Part shown: positions 54,216 to 64,000 of the stretch, one piece after another
How the letters are laid out: each line of letters opens with the position of its first letter
Position numbering within the stretch: position 1 is the first letter of the stretch
Source: an uncultured Rivularia sp.
GTDB taxonomy: Bacteria > Cyanobacteriota > Cyanobacteriia > Cyanobacteriales > Nostocaceae
NCBI GenBank assembly: GCA_963665115.1
Contig: OY762007.1
Span: 8,224,001-8,288,000, forward strand
DNA: 64,000 nucleotides
Reading direction: 5' to 3'
The notes under the pieces: generated by a model
Told to the model about the DNA's origin: nothing
Seen by the model: the letters and a program-made list of their open reading frames with translations, nothing else
The model's database searches: none
Position numbers and translations under genes: made by a program

Positions 54216-55278
54216 CTAACCACTAACAACCAACTCAGCCTGCTCCCAACGTCCGACGGCTTTACCAATGACTGATAATTCTTGCATCAAACTATCGAAA
54301 CGTTCTGGTGATAAAGATTGAGGGTCCATCGGATAAAGCTTTGGCGGGGTTGGGATGAACTTCTATCATTAAGGAATCGCATCCTGCTGCTATAGCTGCC
54401 ATTGCCATTGAAGGAACAAGTTCTGATAAACCCGTACCGTGTGAAGGATCGATCGTAATTGGTAAATGAGTCAGCTTTCGCAACACTGGTATTGCTGATA
54501 AATCTAAGGTATTGCGAGTATACTGGCGGTCGAAGGAACGAATACCACGTTCGCATAAAATTACGTTGGGATTTCCCGAAGCAAGTACATATTCAGCAGC
54601 CATTAACCATTCTTCAATAGTTGCAGACATTCCCCGCTTCAGCAAAACCGGCTTTGGTTGCGCTCCTACTTTTTTGAGCAATGAGAAATTCTGCATATTT
54701 CTCGCACCCACTTGAACCACATCTGCAACTTCTGAGATTTTGTCTAAGTCAGCAGCATCCATTACCTCTGTAATAATTCCCAATCCGCTGACTTCCCTTG
54801 CTTTTGCTAACAATTCCAAAGCGCTTTCACCATGTCCCTGGAATGCATAAGGTGAAGTGCGGGGTTTGTAAGCACCACCACGTAGAAACTTAGCTCCAGC
54901 AGCTTTAACGCGCTGCGCTGTTTCTATAATCATTTCTTCATTTTCTACCGAACAAGGACCAGCTATTACCACTAAAGGATGATTTTCGCCAAATGTAACT
55001 TCTCCATCGGGAGTGCTAACTGCAATCCCTGAAGATTCCCCATGCCGAAACTGACGACTAGCACGTTTGTAGGGCTTCTCTACCCGCAATACCTGCTCAA
55101 TCCAAGGACTCACCTCTTGAATTTGCAGCGGATCTAAACTTGCTGTTTCTCCAACTAAACCAATTACTACCTTATGCTGACCAACTATTTTCTCTGATGT
55201 CAGCCCCAAAACACTCATTTCTTCACTGATACGTTTAATTTCCGCTTCGGGGGAACCGACTTTCATTACTATAATCAT
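54216..55278 (-). CDS. aroF: 3-deoxy-7-phosphoheptulonate (DAHP) synthase, +1 frameshift at ~54322-54324
   Basis: [31 protein letters not shown]; removing one C of GGACCC gives [19 protein letters not shown]...SG*. Confidence 0.92.
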
Positions 55279-55514
55279 GGAGAGCTTCCCGATATTTACT
55301 TTAATTGCTACTTAAAATTTAACGTTAATAGTTAATTATGGCTTAGTAGGGAGGAGGAGTTAGGAGTAGCAAGTAAGTCCCCTTATCTCCCTGTTCCCCG
55401 TTCCTTTAAACAAAGAATGAAGAACGAAAATTATGTTTCATCCTTCATTCTTCATGCATTTTCATTTTTTTAATTAGCTAGGCGATCGCCATCAGACAAA
55501 GTTCATCGCTAAAA

Positions 55515-55976
55515 TTAAACTTTCTTTTGCCGAGTCTCACGCCAACCTGCTACCATTCGTCCGAAGTTGGTGGTAAATTCGCTCCAACCGAGCAGAGTCC
55601 CCGCTCTTTGTTCCTCCCAAGAAGCTGAAAGAACCCCATAAGTGATTCCCACAACTCCTAAGCCAAATAACCCCATATTGACAAGTAATACAAGCAGGGG
55701 AGGAAGCTTGATATCGGCATAAATTATCAGCAAATAGCTGACAATCAAAGTCAAAATACCCAAAATGGTTGGTATTCCGGACAACCAAGCTACACGTCTA
55801 ACCATTCGCTGGCTAACAACTTGGGGAATAGCCATTTCTTGTTTAGTAAAAGGAGGTTTTCCAGAGTCCCCCTTTTCAACTTCTTCCTTAACAATCGGCG
55901 TTTGAGCTTTGGCTGGCTTTTGGCGTTTTTTATTCGGTTCAAAAGGTAAGCGGTTGCGTTCGGATTCGGCAGACAT
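55515..55976 (-). CDS. PAM68 family photosystem II biogenesis protein
   Basis: IPQVVSQRMVRR...GITYGVLSASW...LGWSEF; adjacent to rpsO. Confidence 0.88.
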   Translation of the reverse strand: MSAESERNRLPFEPNKKRQKPAKAQTPIVKEEVEKGDSGKPPFTKQEMAIPQVVSQRMVRRVAWLSGIPTILGILTLIVSYLLIIYADIKLPPLLVLLVNMGLFGLGVVGITYGVLSASWEEQRAGTLLGWSEFTTNFGRMVAGWRETRQKKV

Positions 55977-55994
55977 AATCAGCGGCTCTTCTTT

Positions 55995-56264
55995 TTATCC
56001 ACGTATACCGAGACTGCGAATTAAAGTTTTATAACGTTCGCGGTCTCCACTTTGAATATAAGACAAAAGACGCTTACGTTGACCAATCATCTTCAATAAT
56101 CCACGACGGGAAGAATGATCTTTCTTATTACCTTGCAAATGTTTGCTCAAACGGTTAATCCGTTCGGTAAGCATCGCAACTTGCACTTCAGAAGAACCAG
56201 TATCGGTTTCGTGGACTTGATATTGAGTGATTAACTCTTGCTTTTTTTCTTGTGTTAGACTCAT
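55995..56264 (-). CDS. rpsO: 30S ribosomal protein S15
   Basis: [16 protein letters not shown]...[20 protein letters not shown]. Confidence 0.98.
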   Translation of the reverse strand: MSLTQEKKQELITQYQVHETDTGSSEVQVAMLTERINRLSKHLQGNKKDHSSRRGLLKMIGQRKRLLSYIQSGDRERYKTLIRSLGIRG

Positions 56265-56412
56265 AACCCGACTTTTTTTTCTCTAATCTAGGCAGCAGTT
56301 TCTCATATTATCACAGGCATTTGGCTGTGGGATTAATTGAGGTGCAGATGAGGGGATGGGGAGACAAGGAGATGGGGGGATGGGGGATGGGGAGATGGGG
56401 TAGAATTATTAT

Positions 56413-56696
56413 TAACTCCCAACTCACTACTCCCAACTCCCAACTCCCAACTCACTACTCCCAACTCCCTACTCCCTACTCCCAACTCCCAACTCCCAAC
56501 TCACTACTCCCAACTCCCAACTCCCAACTCCCAACTCCCAACTCCCAACTCCCAACTCCCAACTCCCAACTCCCAACTCCCAACTCACTACTCCCAACTC
56601 CCAACTCACTACTCACTACTCCCTACTCCCTACTCCCAACTCCCTACTCCCTACTCCCTACTCCCAACTCCCTACTCACTACTCCTAACTCCCTAC
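56413..56696. repeat. CTCCCAA/CTCCCTA/CTCACTA heptamer tandem repeat
   Basis: About 40 visible units. Confidence 0.93.
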
Positions 56697-57512
56697 TGGT
56701 AACTGATTTGCAATCGGTTTACGAGTTTCCAAATCAAATTCGTATCCTTTCGGCAAAATATGCAGTTTCGCATTGCAAATTGCCAAGCCTTCATGCTTCA
56801 TAATATTGTCAATATTGCTGTGAGTGACATCTGACTCGTCAATTATGGTAACGGCATTTTCTCCAATGACTCGAATTTTGTTACCAATAACTAATATTGC
56901 GGTATTTTCATCAATTCCAAATCCTAAAACAGCTTTTCTCTGTTGCGTTAAAGCCGAAATCAAACGTCCTATACGAGCGCGTTGTAAAAAATGTTGGTCT
57001 ATAATTACTCCTGGTAAAAAACCCATTCCGGGAGACATTTTTACAATCTCCATCCGAGGATTGGTTTCGGAGTCGCCATCACATATCATAATATCGGGCA
57101 TTATCGCAGCTCCAGCACTCGTACCTGCTACTATCATTCCTTCAGAAAACTTTCGGTGAATCGCTGCACCCAAATCGGTATCTTTAATGGTATCGACAAT
57201 TTTTGCTTGATCCCCTCCGGTGAAAAATACCCCAGTAGCTTTCTCTATGTTCTCCAATACGGTAGAAGAATATGCATCTTCTTTGCTTCTGGTATCAATC
57301 ATCCGAGCATCTTCCGCACCTAAACGCTCAAATATGCTGATGTACTGTTTTCCTAGTTCTAATGGTAAATCTGTCGCAGCCGTAATAACTACAACCCTTG
57401 CTTTTGTACCACCGGCATAGCGAACAAATTCTCGCAGAATCTCGCATTCCCCTTGTCTATCCTCCGCACCGCCAATAATTAATAGCGGTCCACGGGTGCT
57501 ATTCTGCGTCAT
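56685..57512 (-). CDS. cphB: Cyanophycinase (peptidase S51)
   Basis: IIGGAED, FFTGGDQ, GTSAG catalytic Ser, DQHF, GIDE. Confidence 0.88.
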   Translation of the reverse strand: MTQNSTRGPLLIIGGAEDRQGECEILREFVRYAGGTKARVVVITAATDLPLELGKQYISIFERLGAEDARMIDTRSKEDAYSSTVLENIEKATGVFFTGGDQAKIVDTIKDTDLGAAIHRKFSEGMIVAGTSAGAAIMPDIMICDGDSETNPRMEIVKMSPGMGFLPGVIIDQHFLQRARIGRLISALTQQRKAVLGFGIDENTAILVIGNKIRVIGENAVTIIDESDVTHSNIDNIMKHEGLAICNAKLHILPKGYEFDLETRKPIANQLPVGS

Positions 57513-57854
57513 CTAATCTCCGAGTATTTACTTAAAAAAATATTTAATTCATCATCATAATTTAAATCATAAGGTTAGTTGTATTTATTTGGCTATAGCC
57601 TATTAAGCATTTAAAAACAGAGAAGGGAGAACGGAGAAAGGGGAACGGCGATCGCAAATATAGCGCTTTTCAGTTGGATATCCAAACAAAATATTCAATT
57701 ACTCCCTTCCCGGCTCTACGATTACCGATTTTAAAAACCGCAGAGAGCGCAAAGGAAAGAGGTTTCATAGATATTGGTAATCTTAAAGCGGAATGGGAGT
57801 AATGAAGGCGCAGGTACTCAAAATATTTTTTGGAAGTCGCTAATAACGCTCCAA

Positions 57855-58608
57855 CTAATTAGTAGAACCTTTATAAATTCGATTCATTTGTTCCCTCGAT
57901 AACCGTGTCATGGGGAAACCAAGATCCTCGTAATTTGTTGTATCTATTACTGGTTCGGCTACTTCTTCAGTCTCGAATTCATTTACTTGGCTTTGGGGTG
58001 TAGTATAAGCATGAGTTACTGGGTCGTATGCTAAAATTTCCCCGGTTTCAATTTGATAAATCCAAGCGTAAATACTAATTTGCTTTTGATAAAGTTTGGA
58101 GTGAATAAATGGGTAAGTGCGTAAATTATCGATTTGCGTCAAAACATTCTCAGCAACCATAATTTCGAGTAAATCTTCCTCTTCATATTCGCTGTAATGG
58201 TCATAAACCAAACGTCGGGTAGCTTCGGCATACTTAAGCCAATCAAATACCAAAGGCATATCTGACTGTAATTTGTTTAGCTTCATAAGCCCTTTCATTG
58301 CCCCACAATGGGAATGACCGCAAATAATAATTTGGTTAATACATAAAGCCTGTAAAGCATACTCAATAGTTGCTCCTTCGCCGCCATTTGTGGCTCCATA
58401 AGGAGGAATAATATTACCGGCATTGCGAATTACAAATATTTCGCCAACCCCAGCTTGAGTAATTAAATTAGGGTCTACGCGAGAGTCAGAACAAGTAATA
58501 AATAAGACCCTTGGCTTTTGCCCGTGGGAAAGTTGTTCAAATAATTCTCTATGGGTGCTGTAATAATTAGCTTTAAATTCACGCAGACCCCTTTACTAAT
58601 TTTTTCAT
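57855..58608 (-). CDS. ccaA: Beta carbonic anhydrase, CcaA-like, +1 frameshift at ~58588-58591
   Basis: Removing one G of AGGGGTC gives MKKLVKGLREF...CSDSRVDP...RNAGN...CGHSHCGAMKG; C-terminal LSREQMNRIYKG resembles the CcaA tail. Confidence 0.85.
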
Positions 58609-58896
58609 TTATCTTTGGAGTGGAAGAGTGGAGGACAAGGGATGGGGAGAGGAAGCCGCCGTAGGCAGGGGAGGCAGAGGAAGCAGGGGAGGCAATTAAT
58701 TTTATTTCTTAATTAATTAATTATTTATTTTCTTCCTCTGCTCCCTCCGTTCCCTCCGCTCTCTTTAACCCGAAGCCCTATTATTCACCTTCTCACATTT
58801 CGGTAATAATGTTCTACTCCGCATTTTGGAACATTTGTTTTCAAGTTTTAGAAACCCCCAACCCCCTTCGGAATTGTGGGTTTTGCGTAAGTCTTA

Positions 58897-59433
58897 TTAA
58901 TTTTGAATGCTCGCAGCACATCCAAAATAATTTATTTTCATATCTACAACTGGACGAGCCATTTTTTCAACATAGACAACTGGCTGACAGTCGGTCATTT
59001 GCAAAGGTTCTTCTGCCATCGTTAAATCTATACCAAAGTGTTCTTGAAACAATGTTTCTGTTTCTGCAAAAGCCTTATATAAATTGTCTCTATCTGTTGT
59101 GCCACGCTTGCCGAAATAAGGAAAATGATGAATAAATCTACCGAACAACATTTCGCAGTCTTCAACATATTTCATCGTGTCAAGAATATGATGGTGCCAA
59201 ACTCGATCTATTTCCTGAGTCGGAACTAATTTACGGTTGGGATAAAGATAAATCAAACACAGAAACATCGAATAACGATCGATTGCTTGATTTGTTTGTT
59301 CAAATGTCCATTTTTCATCCGAAGAGTTAATCAATTGATAAGCAATAGACCTTAAATCTAACTGCTTCAGTTTTTTTCTGAATAATTCGATATCTTGAGA
59401 TAAACCTCTTTGAGTTGATAACATAATTGCCAT
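58897..59433 (-). CDS. Glycine-rich-domain-containing-protein-like (GRDP/DUF1399-type) domain protein
   Basis: VPTQEIDRVWHHHILDTMKYVEDC...FIHHFPYFG; ATG 59433 preferred. Confidence 0.75.
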   Translation of the reverse strand: MAIMLSTQRGLSQDIELFRKKLKQLDLRSIAYQLINSSDEKWTFEQTNQAIDRYSMFLCLIYLYPNRKLVPTQEIDRVWHHHILDTMKYVEDCEMLFGRFIHHFPYFGKRGTTDRDNLYKAFAETETLFQEHFGIDLTMAEEPLQMTDCQPVVYVEKMARPVVDMKINYFGCAASIQN

Positions 59434-59926
59434 TATTCCAGTTTTATAAGGTATTAGGGACGCAATTCCATCAACAAAGTAGGTAGACGCAGGCAAATTG
59501 CAACTGTGCGACAAAAAAATAAACTTTATTAAAATCAAACCCCGATTTGCTTCTATGTTTTTATACAAATTGAAATCTCATATTTCTGATTCCAATTGCT
59601 AAAGTGTCATATCTGTAATCTGGTAATTTTGCAGTTTTTGTTATTAGCAATACATTTGTAATAGTATTTAGATGTATTGGCGATCGCAGTTTTTTTCTTT
59701 CACGTACAATATGTCTATTTTTTGACTAAATAAAAAATTGTATTAGCGACACTATGATAGCGAAGAGAAGCAAAATACTATTTTCAGTTTTTTAGCTCAA
59801 ATCCACTTTTAAAAGTGTTACACCGAAAACTTTGAAAATTTAGCTATCGTTCTAGTTGAGAAGTGATATTATTGCGGTGCATAATGCACCATTGTTACGT
59901 ACACAGCAGTATAAAAAACATCAGGT

Positions 59927-62314
59927 ATGGGTTTATCTAAGATTGCACTGCTATTATGGAAAGCTGCTTTACAAAGTCGCAAATATTCTCAAAAAGATCC
60001 GAAGTCTGGCAACGCAACCGAATATTTAAATCCAGAAGTAGATAAAAAATTTGGAAATCTTCTGGGATGGATAATCGCAGAGCAAATTTCGCACGATTTG
60101 ATTGATATAGATATAGATATTGATATAGATAACTGGGTAATACCTTCAGCATCAAGTTTAGCTAATGGCGATAGAGGCAACAAAGCTGAACGCCAAGATG
60201 AAAGTCAGTTAGATATAATACCCGCGTATTATGCTGAAAAAATATCTGCTGAAGAAAAAGATCGTACCCTAAAAAAAATAATTACGTTATATAGCTACCA
60301 AGAGTTAATTAAAAATAATAATTCAATTAAAGATAATAAATTTAAGTTAATTTACCATAATTTACCAGCCCGCGATTGCAATACGTTTGTTGGTAGGGAT
60401 GCAGAAATTGAAAGTTTGCAGCAATTATTATCTTTTGAAAGCTCCACTCCTCGTATAAGTCTTGAAGGTTTGGGAGGCGTGGGAAAGACTACTTTGATTT
60501 TAGATGTTGCTTATCGCTATTTGTTAGAAGGTAAAAATTTAGATTATCCTTTTGAAGCGATAGTATTTACCTCAGCGAAACCACAACACTTTACAAGCAA
60601 AGGTATTTTACCGCGATTATTGCGAGAACGAACTTTGCAGGATATTTTACGGGCTATAGCACGCACTATCAAATGTCCCGATACTGCAACTACTAACTTT
60701 AGAGAGACTTACGAACAAGTTTATAATCGTCTGGCAACTATGCCGACTTTACTAATAATAGATAATCTAGACGCTTTAGAAGAACAACAAGAAGTTATAA
60801 GTTTTTTATACGAATTGCCTGCAACAGTAAAAGTTGTTATCACCAGTCGAGAAACTACCCCCTTTACCAGAATTAGTTTAAATCCTTTAACGGCAACTGA
60901 AGGATTAAAATTAATTCAACATCAAGCCGTAGAAAAAAATGTAGAATTAGCTTTAGATAAATCCCGACAACTTTATCAAACTACCGGGGGAATTCCCGCA
61001 GCAATTGTTTATGCTGTGAGTCAGTTAGCGTTTGGATACAGGTTTGCTGATGTTTCTCCAATAATTACGCGGCATCAAGGGGATTTCTCGCGATTTTACT
61101 TTGAAAATTCGATGCAACCGTTGAAAGGGGATTCATCTCATTCAATTTTAATGGCTTTAGCGCTTTTTCCTAAGCCAGCGTTGTTTGAATCAATTTGCCA
61201 TGTTGCAGGAGTAAAAGATAATAATACAGCAGTAGATGCTTTTGCTAAATTGCAGCAATTATCTTTAATTAGTTGCAAGCAAGGACGTTATACGATGTTA
61301 CCTTTAACTCGTGAATATGCTTTGTGTGAATTATTTGCGAACCCAGAATTTGAATCGCTTGCACGTCAGCGTTGGGTTAATTGTTATCTTGATATTTCTC
61401 AAAAATACGGTGGTAAATATGAGAAAGAATGGAATGATTATCAAGAATTAGAAGCAGAATGGGATAATCTTTGTGAAGTAGTAGAATGGTGCATTGCTGA
61501 AGATAAATATACTGAGGCGTGCAGTTTGTGGAAATATATAAATTGTTATACTTATTCCCAGGGATATCGTCAAAACCGGCTTAGTTACTGGGATACTCCC
61601 CTAAATTGGTTGGAATGGTTGATTGAAGCAGCCCAAAAACGGCAAGACTTACCAAATATTGCCAGAATGATGAGCGATTATGCTTGGAAACTAATTTTAA
61701 TCGGACAACCGCAACATTTAAACCAAGCAGATAATTTACTTTGCCAAGCTTGGAAACTACGTCAAAATTTAACAGCTAACGAGCAAGCAAATTTAGCAAT
61801 TCGGATTGTGGTTTGGTACATTCAATTCAAACAATTCGGATTTGCAAAATTTTGGATTAACCAAGTTCAAACTATCTTAGACGATTCGTTTATTGAAGAA
61901 TCCGTGTCAATTCATCTTTACCTGCAAATTCTCTACTATAAAGGAGAAATTTACTATAAAGATGGCGATTATCAAAGAAGCCAACTACTATTTCAAGAAA
62001 TTGTCCAGCAATCCCGGAATATTGGCTGGCAAAGAATGATATTTCTTGCTAAAGACTTTTTAGCAGACATATCAATTAAACAAGGAAAGTTAAAACAAGC
62101 GCAACAATTTTTGATAGAAGGCATACAAACAGCCCAAGAAAATCGCGATAATTGTAGTAAAGCTTATATGATGCGTTCCTTAGCCAGATTAGAACTTCAC
62201 CAAGGAAACTTGAATTTAGCCCAAACTTGGGCAAATAAAGCTAAAGCAGGTTTTGATAGTTTGGGTATGGTTTCCGAAGCAGAAGAAACGCAAGCTTTGT
62301 TGTATGGGGAGTAG
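59927..62314 (+). CDS. NB-ARC/STAND ATPase with C-terminal TPR-like repeats
   Basis: FVGRDAE, GLGGVGKT, LIIDNLD, ITSR, GGIPAA, MLPLTREY, helical C-terminus. Confidence 0.85.
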   Translation: MGLSKIALLLWKAALQSRKYSQKDPKSGNATEYLNPEVDKKFGNLLGWIIAEQISHDLIDIDIDIDIDNWVIPSASSLANGDRGNKAERQDESQLDIIPAYYAEKISAEEKDRTLKKIITLYSYQELIKNNNSIKDNKFKLIYHNLPARDCNTFVGRDAEIESLQQLLSFESSTPRISLEGLGGVGKTTLILDVAYRYLLEGKNLDYPFEAIVFTSAKPQHFTSKGILPRLLRERTLQDILRAIARTIKCPDTATTNFRETYEQVYNRLATMPTLLIIDNLDALEEQQEVISFLYELPATVKVVITSRETTPFTRISLNPLTATEGLKLIQHQAVEKNVELALDKSRQLYQTTGGIPAAIVYAVSQLAFGYRFADVSPIITRHQGDFSRFYFENSMQPLKGDSSHSILMALALFPKPALFESICHVAGVKDNNTAVDAFAKLQQLSLISCKQGRYTMLPLTREYALCELFANPEFESLARQRWVNCYLDISQKYGGKYEKEWNDYQELEAEWDNLCEVVEWCIAEDKYTEACSLWKYINCYTYSQGYRQNRLSYWDTPLNWLEWLIEAAQKRQDLPNIARMMSDYAWKLILIGQPQHLNQADNLLCQAWKLRQNLTANEQANLAIRIVVWYIQFKQFGFAKFWINQVQTILDDSFIEESVSIHLYLQILYYKGEIYYKDGDYQRSQLLFQEIVQQSRNIGWQRMIFLAKDFLADISIKQGKLKQAQQFLIEGIQTAQENRDNCSKAYMMRSLARLELHQGNLNLAQTWANKAKAGFDSLGMVSEAEETQALLYGE

Positions 62315-62504
62315 GGAATTGGTAATTGGTAATTGGTAATTGGTAATTGATAATTGATAATTGATAAACTGCACCAGTTTCAGAAACCCGGTTTCTTAGT
62401 TTCTATTTTCCATTCCCTATTACCCATGCCCCATCCCCAATTCGCTTTAAACTAATTTCTGAAATTTTGGGAATACTTGATATATCTCAAAATCTCTGAG
62501 AAAT

Positions 62505-63869
62505 ATGATAACTAATAATAGCCAACAAAATCCTACCCGTCGTCTGACTATACTTTATATTTCTTCTTTAGCTGTTGTGGCGTGTTTATCAATTGCGGGA
62601 GAAGCAGTAGTACAGCGCTTGCTATCTCAGCAGCGAATAGACATTCAGGTAATTAGCAACGTTCAACATCAACAGCTACTCAGTCAAAGATTAGCAAAAT
62701 TAGCTTTAGCACTCAAGCTGACACAAGATGATACTAGCCGTCAAAGTTTGGTTGATGACTTTGAGCAAACTATTAGAGAATGGGAAACTACAGAAAAAAA
62801 TTTAGAAGAGTTGGGAAATACGGTAAATGTTTCAACAGGTAGAACTACTCAAATTAAGAATATTATCGACCAAATTCATCCAAACTGTAAAAAAATGGTT
62901 GATGCTGCCAAACAATTATTATCAACTGCACAATCGGGAAAAACTCAACCACGTTTAATACTTTCGCAACCTTTGAGGCAAATTACAGCCAGCGAAAGAG
63001 GGTTTGAAAAGGAAGTTGATAAAGTAATCCTTGAATATAACGAATATACCGCAGCAGCAGTTACCGAACTAAAGCATATTGAAATGGTATTGCTTGTTCT
63101 AACTTTACTAATATTGATATTTGAAGGATTCTTAATATTTCGTCCCGCAGTCAAGAAACTTCGGACTACGTTTAATCAACTAACAGAAGAACAAAAAAAA
63201 TCCGAACATTTACTGCTCAATATATTGCCTGAAAGCGTAGTTCATCGGCTCAAAGAACAACCAACTACGATTGCTGAAGCTTTTGGGGAAGTTACGGTGT
63301 TATTTGCCGATATAGTCGGTTTTACCCAGCTTTCTACTCAAGTTTCCCCTCAAAAATTAGTTGCATTACTTAACCGGATTTTTTCAGCTTTTGATGAACT
63401 TGCTGAAAAACATGGTTTAGAAAAAATCAAGACTATTGGCGATGCTTACATGGTGGTTGGGGGCTTACCAATTCCTCGAAAAGACCATGCAGAAGCAATA
63501 GTAGAAATGGCGTTAGATATGCAGCAAGCCATTAATGAATTTAACATTGAAACCGGCTCTAATTGTAATATTCGGATTGGCATCAACAGTGGGCCAGTTG
63601 TTGCGGGTGTCATAGGTATTAAAAAGTTTATTTACGATTTGTGGGGTGACACCGTTAATATAGCCAGTCGCATGGAATCACACGGAATTCCCGGTAATAT
63701 TCAGATATCTCAAACTACTTACGAGCAAGTAAAAGATATTTTCAAAGATAAATTCAAGCATAAATATACATTAGAATCACGAGGCTTGATTCAAATCAAA
63801 GGTAAAGGTGAAATGCAGACGTATTTGGTGAAATCAGCGAGCAGTGAACAGTTAAGAGTTAGTAGTTAG
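62505..63869 (+). CDS. Class III adenylate cyclase with 2-TM PilJ/NarX-like sensor domain
   Basis: FADIVGFT, KIKTIGDAYM (Lys), YDLWGDTVNIASRMES (Asp) indicate ATP specificity. Confidence 0.88.
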   Translation: MITNNSQQNPTRRLTILYISSLAVVACLSIAGEAVVQRLLSQQRIDIQVISNVQHQQLLSQRLAKLALALKLTQDDTSRQSLVDDFEQTIREWETTEKNLEELGNTVNVSTGRTTQIKNIIDQIHPNCKKMVDAAKQLLSTAQSGKTQPRLILSQPLRQITASERGFEKEVDKVILEYNEYTAAAVTELKHIEMVLLVLTLLILIFEGFLIFRPAVKKLRTTFNQLTEEQKKSEHLLLNILPESVVHRLKEQPTTIAEAFGEVTVLFADIVGFTQLSTQVSPQKLVALLNRIFSAFDELAEKHGLEKIKTIGDAYMVVGGLPIPRKDHAEAIVEMALDMQQAINEFNIETGSNCNIRIGINSGPVVAGVIGIKKFIYDLWGDTVNIASRMESHGIPGNIQISQTTYEQVKDIFKDKFKHKYTLESRGLIQIKGKGEMQTYLVKSASSEQLRVSS

Positions 63870-64000
63870 TAGTTAATTATTCTTCTATTTATTTCGCTAT
63901 CTCCCCATTGATAATTATCGATTTATTCGGTTATCCTGATGCATTGTGTGGGTGTTGTAAAGCACAATAAGATTATACGGTGTTGAAGGAGTGAAAAATT

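Noticed and set aside
56321..56803. 160-aa ORF with SQLPTPN repeats
   Set aside because: Translation of the CTCCCAA heptamer tract, with a TTG start and antisense overlap with cphB; not a credible gene

Overview
AT-rich cyanobacterial chromosome segment. Many HIP1 GCGATCGC sites, heptamer STRR-type tandem repeats, psb35, PAM68 and a CcaA-type carbonic anhydrase suggest a filamentous Nostocales-like strain (inference). Bases 1-30 kb form a general-stress and signalling region: three HDLKAPLR-type histidine kinases (one CHASE3-PAS, one with an ethylene-receptor-like N-terminus), two Rcp1-like receivers, two hybrid kinases and two DUF2294 genes, mixed with CsbD, GlsB, SDR, USP, YflT-like, Mn-catalase, BmrU-like and ion-transport genes. 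Their upstream regions share a degenerate 7-2-7 palindrome, often 22-23 nt before a TAnnnT -10 box, a candidate uncharacterised regulon. Bases 34-46.8 kb hold a lone DEDDh exonuclease-ATPase fusion gene, cobA/cbiX and a type I R-M locus next to tRNA-His. That locus is interrupted by two nuclease-fold genes and palindromic repeats, and hsdS shows a synonymous-codon strand skew flanking each TRD. Bases 47-64 kb are mostly housekeeping genes plus an NB-ARC/TPR gene divergent from a GRDP-like gene. Seven genes carry single +1 homopolymer frameshifts in recurrent contexts, probably sequencing errors. No CRISPR array, rRNA or integrase was seen. All family calls come from motif recognition by eye, not database searches.
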